From Patescibacteria group bacterium (lineage in GTDB: Bacteria > Patescibacteriota > Minisyncoccia > Phycocordibacterales > Phycocordibacteraceae), in contig JBBTSZ010000002.1 of the NCBI GenBank assembly GCA_038064495.1, positions 152,934-216,933 of the forward strand: DNA of 64,000 nt, in the 5' to 3' direction. A program made the translations under genes and the position numbers. The notes beneath the pieces are model-generated. The model was not told where the DNA came from and did not search any database. It saw only the letters and a program-made list of their open reading frames with translations. Of the stretch, positions 26,925 through 35,374 are shown piece after piece. The first letter of the stretch is position 1. The number at the start of each line of letters is the position of its first letter.

Positions 26925-27302
26925 ATGGATTTATTCACGAAATTTATTTTCGGGGCAATAATTCTCATCTTGTGTGCGTGTGTGGCGGGACTCGGCTTTG
27001 TCATTGGAGATGTGGTGTATTTGCCGATTCACCAAAGCCTTGGTCAGATTATGGTAAAGGATTATAGTCCAGCCTACACGACCATGATGCCCATGGTGGT
27101 TGGTAAGAATGTAATCCTCATGCCCCAGTCGCGTTCCGAGTCTTACTCAGTATGCATCTACGTGTTTGATATATCTCAAACAGACTGCCGGGATGTGTCA
27201 CATGATGCGTGGGAACGCGCTGGCGAGGGTACGCAAGTAACGGTTGCCTACACTAAGGGCCGATTCTCGCACAAGCCGACCATAACAGATGTTGCATTTT
27301 GA
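26925..27302 (+). CDS. small membrane-anchored hypothetical protein
   Basis: GGAGG 8 nt upstream of ATG 26925; TATAAT at 26891-26896; single N-terminal TM. Confidence 0.45.
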   Translation: MDLFTKFIFGAIILILCACVAGLGFVIGDVVYLPIHQSLGQIMVKDYSPAYTTMMPMVVGKNVILMPQSRSESYSVCIYVFDISQTDCRDVSHDAWERAGEGTQVTVAYTKGRFSHKPTITDVAF

Positions 27303-27342
27303 CCCACCAAGCGGAAAACTCGCTTCGGTGGGTTTTCTGTTT
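27303..27342 (+). terminator. intrinsic terminator CCCACCAAGCG...CGCTTCGGTGGGTTTTCTGTTT
   Basis: 11-bp stem and T-tract immediately after the stop. Confidence 0.7.
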
Positions 27343-27425
27343 ACTCAAGCTCGAGCAGGTTGCGTTTTTCCTGGAAATCAGGATAGTAGGGAGGGTTATA
27401 GATTTTTTAAACGTAGGAGGTGAAT

Positions 27426-27974
27426 ATGACGGAAGTTCTTGAGAAAACAGTGTTTCCAATCGACTACAGGGCTGTGTGTGCCTTGAACCAAGTCTCAGCC
27501 GCCACAGTAAAATCTTGCAAACAAAGCATCAAGGCTCTTGAAACACGTCGTTACCAGATGGATGGTATTGTCGGAATTACCTATGCACTACTCACGCATT
27601 GGAGCCAGAACGACCCAGGCAAGTACGGTCTGAGCATCTCGTTTCTTGGGCAAAACGAACATCGCGTTTTGGTTGAAGAATATCTACCTCCCGACATCAA
27701 ACGTTTTACAAAAGAGGAATGGGAAGCCGCTCCTCTGAGTGAGCGGCAACATGGATTTGATCCCAGACGCAAGGTCATATCACTCGCTGACGTACTTTGT
27801 GCCGAGTGTCCGGAATGTCATGAATCGCACCCAGTACTTGAATGGTACCGACAGACCTATGACGGCCCGGGTGGCGATGAGTGGTTAAAGCGACACATCC
27901 TGCTTTGTTGTGCCGACGTTGATTCGCCAAAGCAAATTGAACTTGACCGTAAGGTCTCTGCTGACCGATTCTAA
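27426..27974 (+). CDS. hypothetical cytoplasmic protein with a CAECPEC...CC cysteine cluster
   Basis: AGGAGG 7 nt upstream; 182 aa; Cys cluster suggests metal binding. Confidence 0.5.
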   Translation: MTEVLEKTVFPIDYRAVCALNQVSAATVKSCKQSIKALETRRYQMDGIVGITYALLTHWSQNDPGKYGLSISFLGQNEHRVLVEEYLPPDIKRFTKEEWEAAPLSERQHGFDPRRKVISLADVLCAECPECHESHPVLEWYRQTYDGPGGDEWLKRHILLCCADVDSPKQIELDRKVSADRF

Positions 27975-27988
27975 CAGCACATTCTACT

Positions 27989-28022
27989 AGCGCTCCGGCT
28001 CTGCTGGAGCGCTTCTGTTTTC
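27989..28022 (+). terminator. intrinsic terminator AGCGCTCC...GGAGCGCT + TCTGTTTT
   Basis: Hairpin plus T-tract. Confidence 0.6.
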
Positions 28023-28078
28023 TAGAAGCTAATGGGAATCTATGATACGGTCTGACTGGGATAGAAGGAGCTTTAGAA

Positions 28079-28381
28079 ATGGCATATGACGACCACTTGG
28101 AAGCAGAGTTTCAGAGCAATGATCGCCGGAAACGGGAGGCTCGAGAGGCTGCCGAAGCAGCAAAGAAAATAAAGGTCAAAATCGTCCGAGTGCGGGCAAT
28201 GATTGACCCGCAACACGATCTTTTCAATGTTGAGATAGTGAGCACGACGGGTGAATGGCGCGAAACCGTGGGTTCGGAAGCCGATCTCCGGTTGCTTCTG
28301 AAAGGTATTGAAGCTGGTGCCGCCATGGTCGGCGGTCACGCCACTATTGGTGACATTCCTACCGAACCCTTGCTTCTCTGA
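28079..28381 (+). CDS. small hypothetical protein (charged N-terminal helix)
   Basis: 100 aa, bounded by terminators on both sides. Confidence 0.4.
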   Translation: MAYDDHLEAEFQSNDRRKREAREAAEAAKKIKVKIVRVRAMIDPQHDLFNVEIVSTTGEWRETVGSEADLRLLLKGIEAGAAMVGGHATIGDIPTEPLLL

Positions 28382-28383
28382 AC

Positions 28384-28426
28384 AAAAGGCCGTCCGACAT
28401 ATCAGTTGGATGGCCTTTTTCTTTTT
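28384..28426 (+). terminator. intrinsic terminator GGCCGTCC...GGATGGCC + TTTTTCTTTTT
   Basis: 8-bp stem (one G-U) and a long T-tract. Confidence 0.6.
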
Positions 28427-28452
28427 ATATCTATCAGGAGTACGATAGGGGC

Positions 28453-29145
28453 ATGGAACGGAAACAGCCAGTCGCAGTCTTTGATATAGACGGAACCATC
28501 TTCCGCTCATCACTCTTAATTGAGCTTGTGGAGGAGCTGGTAAAGCGCGAGATTTTCCCGCAGTCAGCGAGCAAACTCTACGAGAATGCCTACGAAGACT
28601 GGCTCAATCGGAAGGGCGAGTACGGACCGTTCATTCAAAAAGTCGTGCTTGCGTTTGGCAACTATGCGAAAGGCATTCCATACGGCGACGTCGCAGACGT
28701 CGCCGGAGAAATCATTGAAGCGAAGCGCGACCGGTTGTATCGCTACACCCGTGACCTCATAGATGACCTTCGCAAGAAAGATTATTTTCTCCTCGCCATC
28801 TCACACTCACCAAAGTTTATTGTGGACGGATTTGCGTACGAGCTCGGCTTCAATAAATCCTACGGAACGTTCTATGATACCGGTGCAAGCAACCGCTTCA
28901 CCGGAGAAATCATTGATGAGCACATCATTATGAATAAGGCTGCCATCCTTGCGCGCGCGATGGAGAAGGAAAACCTGAGCGTCACGGGCTCTGTTGGTGT
29001 GGGGGACACCGAGAGTGATATTTCTATGCTCACCATGGTGGAGACACCGATAGCGTTTAACCCGAACCGGCTCCTGTACCGTCACGCCAAGAAGAACGAT
29101 TGGAAGATAATCGTTGAGCGTAAGGACGTGATTTATGAGATATGA
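28453..29145 (+). CDS. HAD-superfamily hydrolase, subfamily IB (phosphoserine-phosphatase-like)
   Basis: VAVFDIDGTI (motif I), ISHSP (motif II), GVGDTESD (motif IV). Confidence 0.75.
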   Translation: MERKQPVAVFDIDGTIFRSSLLIELVEELVKREIFPQSASKLYENAYEDWLNRKGEYGPFIQKVVLAFGNYAKGIPYGDVADVAGEIIEAKRDRLYRYTRDLIDDLRKKDYFLLAISHSPKFIVDGFAYELGFNKSYGTFYDTGASNRFTGEIIDEHIIMNKAAILARAMEKENLSVTGSVGVGDTESDISMLTMVETPIAFNPNRLLYRHAKKNDWKIIVERKDVIYEI

Positions 29146-29822
29146 GTGACCAAGAAGTGCAAGTGCACTCAGAAGAGACTAAAACCAGATTAAGTAATAA
29201 TAGGACTTTAATAATCCTAACCGTTTCCTTCATATGTCTAGCCATACTCTGTTGGCCGATTATTTCTTTGTTTCTATCACCTGGCATTAAATTTGATCTC
29301 CAACTCTTTGCATTGACAGTTATACTAGTCTCACTCTTCGTTTTCATCTTAGTAAGAACGATCAAGCGAAATCTACCAGAAGAACTACTCTTTGTCATAT
29401 TAGGTGTGCTTCTAAGCATCTTGTTCTTTCTGTCAGATGTTTCTAAAGATGATTTGAGTACCATACAGGATCTCGCGGCTTCCCATTCCTATAACTGCTT
29501 AGTTGCTGAGGGTATATTGAATGATAATAAAGTCATCAATTCGATTTCGTACAGCCAGTATGAACCGAGTATTCTTTTTAACGATTTGGGTTTTATCTTT
29601 GAAAAGTATGGTACATCCACTCAAGCGAGAGTCGGTATTGCAACTTACCAAATGAATTATTCCAATAAACTCTTAATTGGAACTACAAATCTGGACACGC
29701 CAGCTTTCTCAACAAGTACCTTAGCGGCAATTACATCTCACAAAACTCAATTAAGTGCACTTGCTACGGAGATAAGTAACGCACTCAATTGTTCAGCTAC
29801 ACGAACAGAGAAGAAACCTTAA
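29142..29822 (+). CDS. hypothetical membrane protein, visibly AT-richer than its neighbours
   Basis: 226 aa, 3 TM then a Ser/Thr/Asn-rich domain; overlaps the HAD gene by 4 nt. Confidence 0.5.
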   Translation: MSDQEVQVHSEETKTRLSNNRTLIILTVSFICLAILCWPIISLFLSPGIKFDLQLFALTVILVSLFVFILVRTIKRNLPEELLFVILGVLLSILFFLSDVSKDDLSTIQDLAASHSYNCLVAEGILNDNKVINSISYSQYEPSILFNDLGFIFEKYGTSTQARVGIATYQMNYSNKLLIGTTNLDTPAFSTSTLAAITSHKTQLSALATEISNALNCSATRTEKKP

Positions 29823-29848
29823 AGCTCTATCTTTGATATACTCCCAGC

Positions 29849-30085
29849 ATGACAAAACGCTTATATCGTAGCCGGACCAATAAAGTGCTCGCAGGCATTT
29901 GTGGAGGAATAGGGGAATATTTTGAAGTTGACCCAGTGCTTATCCGTCTTCTCTACCTCCTCGCCACTGTCTTCACGGGTGTGGTTCCCGGACTTCTTGC
30001 GTATGTGATTGCTATCGCGGTAGTGCCAGAAGCCCCGTTCATCACTCCATCCAAACCAGTCGCGGATGAACCGACAAAAGTTTAG
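29849..30085 (+). CDS. PspC-domain protein
   Basis: LYRSRTNKVLAGICGGIGEYFEVDPVLIRL is the PspC signature. Confidence 0.75.
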   Translation: MTKRLYRSRTNKVLAGICGGIGEYFEVDPVLIRLLYLLATVFTGVVPGLLAYVIAIAVVPEAPFITPSKPVADEPTKV

Positions 30086-30875
30086 GAATCTCGTTTGGAG
30101 TTATTACGAGGAGCACGGAAGAAACTCACTTCCGTGGAGAAAAACTAAAGACCCATACAAGATACTTGTTTCCGAGATGATGCTCCAACAAACCCAGGTG
30201 GAGCGGGTTATTCCGTACTATAAAAAATTTGTTCAAACATATCCGACCATACAAGCACTTGCTCGCGCACCACTGGCAGACGTACTGAAGATATGGCAAG
30301 GACTAGGATACAACCGCAGAGCCAAATTTCTGCATAAGGCCGCTCAACAAATTGTTTCTACATATAATGGGAAGATTCCTACGGATGCGGCTGAGTTGGA
30401 ATCAGTTTGGGGTATAGGTCCATACACTGCACATGCAGTTATGACATTTGCATTCAACCACGATGCTGTATTTATTGAGACCAATATACGTACAGTCATC
30501 ATCCATCACTTCTACAAAGATGACGAATCAATTTCTGAAGAAGATATTGCAAACGTATTAAAGAAAATGCTTCCACATGGAGAGGCACGGGCATGGTATT
30601 CAGCACTGATGGACTACGGTGCGTACTTAAAACGCTCAGGGGTGCGTATCAACACAAAAGCAAAAGGCTACACTAAACAATCAACCTTTATCGGCTCAGA
30701 CCGACAGGCACGAGGCGCAATTCTGAAAGAACTTTCAATAAGACCAGCAAGCGCGAAGCGCCTCTCGGGACTTCTTGGTGACGACCGAAAACCACAACTT
30801 TCACTGCAACTCGGAAAACTCTTAAAGGAAGGAATGATTCAGAAAAAAGGAACACGCTACCAACTCCCGGCCTAG
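30066..30875 (+). CDS. MutY/Nth-like HhH-GPD adenine glycosylase (no Fe-S cluster loop)
   Basis: LPWRKTKDPYKILVSEMMLQQTQVERV and GIGPYTAHAVMTFAF (HhH-GPD). Confidence 0.7.
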   Translation: MNRQKFRNLVWSYYEEHGRNSLPWRKTKDPYKILVSEMMLQQTQVERVIPYYKKFVQTYPTIQALARAPLADVLKIWQGLGYNRRAKFLHKAAQQIVSTYNGKIPTDAAELESVWGIGPYTAHAVMTFAFNHDAVFIETNIRTVIIHHFYKDDESISEEDIANVLKKMLPHGEARAWYSALMDYGAYLKRSGVRINTKAKGYTKQSTFIGSDRQARGAILKELSIRPASAKRLSGLLGDDRKPQLSLQLGKLLKEGMIQKKGTRYQLPA

Positions 30876-30876
30876 A

Positions 30877-32055
30877 TTATTTTATATCCGTAATGTGTAG
30901 CGCACTCGTCACACCAATTACCCCGATAATAAAGGCTGTGGCAACAAACAGAAGTTGGTAGCCAGAAACCGACAGAATAATACTTCCGACAATCGGTGCG
31001 ACGAGGGCTGCAACCGGGCGGGTCATGCGAAAAAGACCAACGGTTGAGGCATCTGCCTCAGAGACCCGGCGAAAGAAATGACCCTCAGACATTGCTTCCA
31101 CAAGGGACGCACCGATACGGCTAAAGATGAGAATAATTACAATCACCATGATGGTGGTTTGATTGGTGACGAGTGCGAGCGCCGCAAAGCCCGAAGCCAT
31201 CATCACAAAGCCGCCAATAAGGAGCTCTTGGTCACCCCACTTCTGGTCGGCAATCCAACCTGCAGGGTATTCAAGGAGCACAAAGGGCAGAAGCATGATG
31301 GCAAATATCCAGCCGAGCTGTTCCCACGGGAGTTCGAGTACGTGATGCAGATAGAGCGGGATGTAGAGTGGAGCCAAGTGATAAAAGAATTGAAGAGTGC
31401 CGTGAGCGAGTGTGACGGCACGAAGGTCCTTATCACGCAGAATGGCAACCCATGCGTCCACAATATTTATAAAATTTGGGTGTGAACCTTGAGGAAGACG
31501 CTTCATGGAAATGAGCGCGATAAATGGGAAGAGACTCGCAGCTGCTACCGCAAAGACACGCCAATACGCTTCACTTGAATCCATGAGTATACCGACGGCG
31601 AGTGGGGAAAGCACGAGTGCAACATTTCCTGCAGTGAGAAACATAGTGCGGATGCGTCCAGTCGTGCCTTCTTTTGCAATGGTGGCTTCAAGAAGCAAAT
31701 CAAGTTGGTACTGAATGAGTGGTGTCGTGGCGCAGGCAAGTGCAACGAGGAGAATCGCAGGAAGTGGCGTGGGACCGACTGCAAGCCAAGCAAGTGCTCC
31801 CGCTTCAACGGTCGCAAAGAAGACCGCAAGACGACGCGGACCGTACTTACGGACTAAATGTGGCATGAGTGGAAACGCAAACAGGGTGATGATGGCACCA
31901 AGCGAGACCACGAGACCAGTCGCCGAGTCCGGCATGAACGTCGCCAAGTACGGCGTAATGACGTAGATGATGAGAAAGAAATGCGCTGAGGCAAAGAAAT
32001 TGCCCAAACTCAAAATAGAACGCGTCTTCATTTGAGGTGATTGTAACATTGGCAC
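30877..32055 (-). CDS. MFS transporter
   Basis: 392 aa, 12 TM, MFS-type loop motifs. Confidence 0.8.
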   Translation of the reverse strand: MPMLQSPQMKTRSILSLGNFFASAHFFLIIYVITPYLATFMPDSATGLVVSLGAIITLFAFPLMPHLVRKYGPRRLAVFFATVEAGALAWLAVGPTPLPAILLVALACATTPLIQYQLDLLLEATIAKEGTTGRIRTMFLTAGNVALVLSPLAVGILMDSSEAYWRVFAVAAASLFPFIALISMKRLPQGSHPNFINIVDAWVAILRDKDLRAVTLAHGTLQFFYHLAPLYIPLYLHHVLELPWEQLGWIFAIMLLPFVLLEYPAGWIADQKWGDQELLIGGFVMMASGFAALALVTNQTTIMVIVIILIFSRIGASLVEAMSEGHFFRRVSEADASTVGLFRMTRPVAALVAPIVGSIILSVSGYQLLFVATAFIIGVIGVTSALHITDIK

Positions 32056-32059
32056 CGTA

Positions 32060-32347
32060 GTGGTATTGATGGAGTTAGAAGAGAGAAAAGTTATGCTGTT
32101 CTCAAAAGAAATGAACGACCTCCGTCGAGAAGTTGAAAAGGAGGCAGGAATGCAGGCGGGTCATGCGGGCAGCTACAAAGAAGCTGGTCACATGTGTGAC
32201 TCATATTCCTGCTCTTGCGGATGGAAGAGCACGGGGTATTTTGACGGGTATGAGTATGCATACGATGATTGGGTCAAACATCTCATTCAAAATGGCGTTG
32301 AGCTAAACTATCCGGAGGTTACCGAGGAGTTACGATTTAAGGGCTGA
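32060..32347 (+). CDS. small hypothetical protein (Cys/aromatic-rich)
   Basis: 95 aa; followed by a perfect terminator. Confidence 0.4.
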   Translation: MVLMELEERKVMLFSKEMNDLRREVEKEAGMQAGHAGSYKEAGHMCDSYSCSCGWKSTGYFDGYEYAYDDWVKHLIQNGVELNYPEVTEELRFKG

Positions 32348-32361
32348 GTCTGAGAAACAAA

Positions 32362-32386
32362 GGCGCCGCATATGCGGCGCCTTTTC
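32362..32386 (+). terminator. intrinsic terminator GGCGCCGCATATGCGGCGCCTTTT
   Basis: Perfect palindrome plus T-tract. Confidence 0.75.
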
Positions 32387-32393
32387 AATAGGA

Positions 32394-32428
32394 AAGCCCG
32401 CCAGAGGTCCAAAGACATGGCGGGCTTT
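32394..32428 (-). terminator. hairpin AAAGCCCGCC...GGCGGGCTTT downstream of the minus-strand gene 32436-33179
   Basis: 10-bp stem; only a weak T-tract on the minus strand. Confidence 0.45.
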
Positions 32429-32435
32429 GTGCAGG

Positions 32436-33179
32436 TTATGCAACTGCGAGGTGCTGCGTCCGGGAAAAGAATGTTCCGAACGAGCCTTTCCACAGGCCGA
32501 GCGACGTGAAGTTATCATAGTCAGAAGACATCTCGCGATGGAGCTCCTTCGCTCGGTCGATGAACGTCCCCGAAGGCATGATTGCTTTTTCGTGCGCGTG
32601 AGCAGCCATATCTTCCAAGGCTGCAATAGCGTCCGCAGTCTTCTCGAGTGTGAACGCTGCCTTTTTGAAAGCTACGTTCACATCCATCTGCAGAAGTTCG
32701 TCAAACGACACATTGAGGACCTTGCAGACAGCGGCAACGTCTTCAACAAACTCATGAAGCTTGTCTGCATAGTTGGCAGGAATATCTCCCTGCATCAAAT
32801 GCCGATACAATATCTTCATGAATCTCCCACAGACAGTGTCGGTCCGGATTGCTTCCGCTGGTTCCTGTGTGGTAAACACGAACGGAGCCAGCAGAACACC
32901 GAAGAGAAGCGTCCAGTAGAAACGAATGCCGAAGTATTCAGAGGCAGCGAGGTAAAACAGAAGCACGAGCGAGACATACAGCAAAGCACTGCAAATGGTC
33001 GCCCAGATTTTCGCGGCATGTGCCGCTCGCTTCCGTTCTTGTGGATACAGGAGCAAAGCAATCTGCTCCAGAGTAAAACCCTCGGTATCGCTCCATACCT
33101 GGGTGTATTTTTTCATATCCCCGCGTGCGACCGCAGAGACGACACGTTCAAAGAAACGCTCAGTAGACATGTCACGCAC
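32436..33179 (-). CDS. hypothetical membrane protein
   Basis: AAGGAG 8 nt upstream of ATG (33179); 2 TM; preferred over the overlapping antisense ORF 32427-33266. Confidence 0.5.
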   Translation of the reverse strand: MRDMSTERFFERVVSAVARGDMKKYTQVWSDTEGFTLEQIALLLYPQERKRAAHAAKIWATICSALLYVSLVLLFYLAASEYFGIRFYWTLLFGVLLAPFVFTTQEPAEAIRTDTVCGRFMKILYRHLMQGDIPANYADKLHEFVEDVAAVCKVLNVSFDELLQMDVNVAFKKAAFTLEKTADAIAALEDMAAHAHEKAIMPSGTFIDRAKELHREMSSDYDNFTSLGLWKGSFGTFFSRTQHLAVA

Positions 33180-33262
33180 TCCTTTTGGGTTGAATACCTT
33201 CGGTTCCTAGCAAGGAACCAGACCGGGTGTGACTATGCACTATTTAATATGAAGTGTCAATT

Positions 33263-35158
33263 TTAGACGCCAATAAGTACCGGAATCACCATCGGTGCTT
33301 TGTTGGTGCGAGCAAAGAGGTATCCGGATACCGTGTCGGACAACGTGTTCTTCACATAGTCCAAATCAACGGGATTCATGCCGTGCGTAGAGTCTTCCAC
33401 CGTCTTTTTGATAAGCAGACGTGCTTGATTCAAAAGGTCTTGGCTTTCACGAAGGTAAATGAATCCACGGCTGATGATGTCTGGAGACTTACGGAGCTTT
33501 CCGGTCTTCAGGTTCACGGTAGCAATGATGACGAACATACCATCCTTCGCGAGCATCTGGCGGTCACGAATCACCACTTCCTGCATGTCCCCAATAGAGA
33601 AGCCATCCACCACGAGTGGAGCAGACGGGACTTTTTGCTTGTGGAATTCAAGGCGCTCACCATCAATGATATCGATTACGGAACCATTGTCCGCAAGAAT
33701 GATGCTCTCCTTCGGTCGTCCTGCTTGCTCCACTGCTTTGGCATGACTCTTCGTCATGGAGTAGTAGCCGTAGGCAGGCATGAAGAAGGTTGCGTTCACC
33801 TGCTTGTTAATCCAAATGAGCTCACCGGTGTTTCCATGACCGGTTGAGTGCACATCGCTCGTGCGGTAGTGGATGAGGGTAACGCCATTTCGGTAGAGAT
33901 TGTCCTTCAACTTTTGTACATTGATTTCGTTTCCGGGAATAACCGAAGACGAAAGCACGACGGTATCGCGTTCGTTCAAGACAATGTTCTTGTGCTGCTT
34001 CGTCGCAACACGCATAAGGGCAGCGAACTCTTCACCCTGAGCTCCGGTTGCGAGGATGACGATTTTGTCTGGTGAGTAGTCGCCAATTTCTTGTGCCGGA
34101 ATAATGGTAGATGGGGCAAGCTTCACAAGTCCAAGCTTTTGACCTATTTCAAGGTTGGTCTTGATGGAACGTCCTTCAATCACAATCTTCTTCCCCATAC
34201 GCTCGGCAATCTCAATGATGTGAATCATGCGATCAAATTGCGAGGCAAAGGTACCAATAACGAGACGACCGGGAACGGTCTTAATAATTTCTTCAAGCGT
34301 TTCATACACCTTTCGCTCAGGGATGGAGAAACCGTCCTTCTCAGCGTTGGTGGAGTCGGCAATAAAGAGGAGATTCTTTTGCTTTCCGAGCGCTCCCCAC
34401 TTCTTCTGCTCGGCTTCGGTTGGAATACCGTTCTCATGGTCAAGCTTCAAGTCTCCCGTTGCAATCACGTTTCCATAGGGCGTCTCTACTGCAATACCCA
34501 TCGAGTCTGGGATAGAGTGCGTAACGGGGAAGAAGTGCACTTTGGTAGAGCCGATGGTGTGGGTTGAACCAGCCTCAACGACGATGAGGTTCGGCTTTGG
34601 CATATCCGGATATTCTTCCTGACGCTTGGCAATCATCGTAGCTGAAAGTTGCAGCGTGTAGATAGGCGGGTTACCAAAACGGTTCATCAAGAACGGGATA
34701 CCACCAATGTGATCCAGGTGGCCATGCGTAATAAAGACGGCGCGAACGCGGTCCATGTTTTTCTCAAGGTACTTCGTGTTTGGAAGGACGTAGTCAACAC
34801 CAGGTGAGGTGTCTTCTGAAACGAACTGGAATCCAACGTCAAAGACAAAGATGTCACCATTTGCTTCAATCGTGAACATGTTGCGTCCGACTTCCTCAAC
34901 GCCACCAAGTGGAACGACGCGAACGACGTTCAGGTCCGGCTTTTCAGGGAAGTAATCGGCAGTTTTCTTTGCGGCAGACGGAGACGGTCCCATTGGTCGG
35001 CGAAGCTGACGGCGAATGCCACGTGCGGCTTTGCCGGGACGACTTCCACCACCTGAGCGTGGTCGAGGAGCGCCGGTTGTAGGACGTGGTCCACGAGGCC
35101 TCTCACCGTCTGGACGGGGTCCGCGCGGTGCGGGTGCGGGAGCTGGTGCAGTACTCAT
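33263..35158 (-). CDS. rnj: ribonuclease J with an N-terminal Pro/Arg/Gly-rich disordered tail
   Basis: Metallo-beta-lactamase HGHLDHIG, beta-CASP and C-terminal domain; ~75 aa PAPAPRGPRP... extension. Confidence 0.9.
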   Translation of the reverse strand: MSTAPAPAPAPRGPRPDGERPRGPRPTTGAPRPRSGGGSRPGKAARGIRRQLRRPMGPSPSAAKKTADYFPEKPDLNVVRVVPLGGVEEVGRNMFTIEANGDIFVFDVGFQFVSEDTSPGVDYVLPNTKYLEKNMDRVRAVFITHGHLDHIGGIPFLMNRFGNPPIYTLQLSATMIAKRQEEYPDMPKPNLIVVEAGSTHTIGSTKVHFFPVTHSIPDSMGIAVETPYGNVIATGDLKLDHENGIPTEAEQKKWGALGKQKNLLFIADSTNAEKDGFSIPERKVYETLEEIIKTVPGRLVIGTFASQFDRMIHIIEIAERMGKKIVIEGRSIKTNLEIGQKLGLVKLAPSTIIPAQEIGDYSPDKIVILATGAQGEEFAALMRVATKQHKNIVLNERDTVVLSSSVIPGNEINVQKLKDNLYRNGVTLIHYRTSDVHSTGHGNTGELIWINKQVNATFFMPAYGYYSMTKSHAKAVEQAGRPKESIILADNGSVIDIIDGERLEFHKQKVPSAPLVVDGFSIGDMQEVVIRDRQMLAKDGMFVIIATVNLKTGKLRKSPDIISRGFIYLRESQDLLNQARLLIKKTVEDSTHGMNPVDLDYVKNTLSDTVSGYLFARTNKAPMVIPVLIGV

Positions 35159-35281
35159 AACAGTTGTGTTACTGATTTTATAAATTGATTTGCCTAGTTA
35201 GGTCACTAGTTTTTGAGCGGACGTTTGTCTGCACAAAAACTAAGTACGTAATCTGAGTTCTTTAAAAATGCTTAGATGCTA

Positions 35282-35356
35282 GGCACTCGCGAGCGAAAAG
35301 CTGAGGTGTACTCATAGTACAGTGAGGCTTTGAGTGATGCGAGTAACAACGCAGAT
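35282..35356 (-). repeat. palindromic intergenic repeat, copy D (reverse orientation)
   Basis: Reverse complement reads ATCTGCGTTGTTACTCGCATCACTCAAAGCCTCACTGTACTATGAGTACACCTCAGCTTTTCGCTCGCGAGTGCC. Confidence 0.7.
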
Positions 35357-35374
35357 AAGTATTTTTCAAGAAAC

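Noticed and set aside
32427-33266. 279-aa plus-strand ORF
   Set aside because: It overlaps the minus-strand gene 32436-33179 almost completely and has Cys/Arg-rich, non-protein-like composition. The minus-strand ORF has a TM segment and an AAGGAG RBS, so the plus ORF is treated as antisense shadow.
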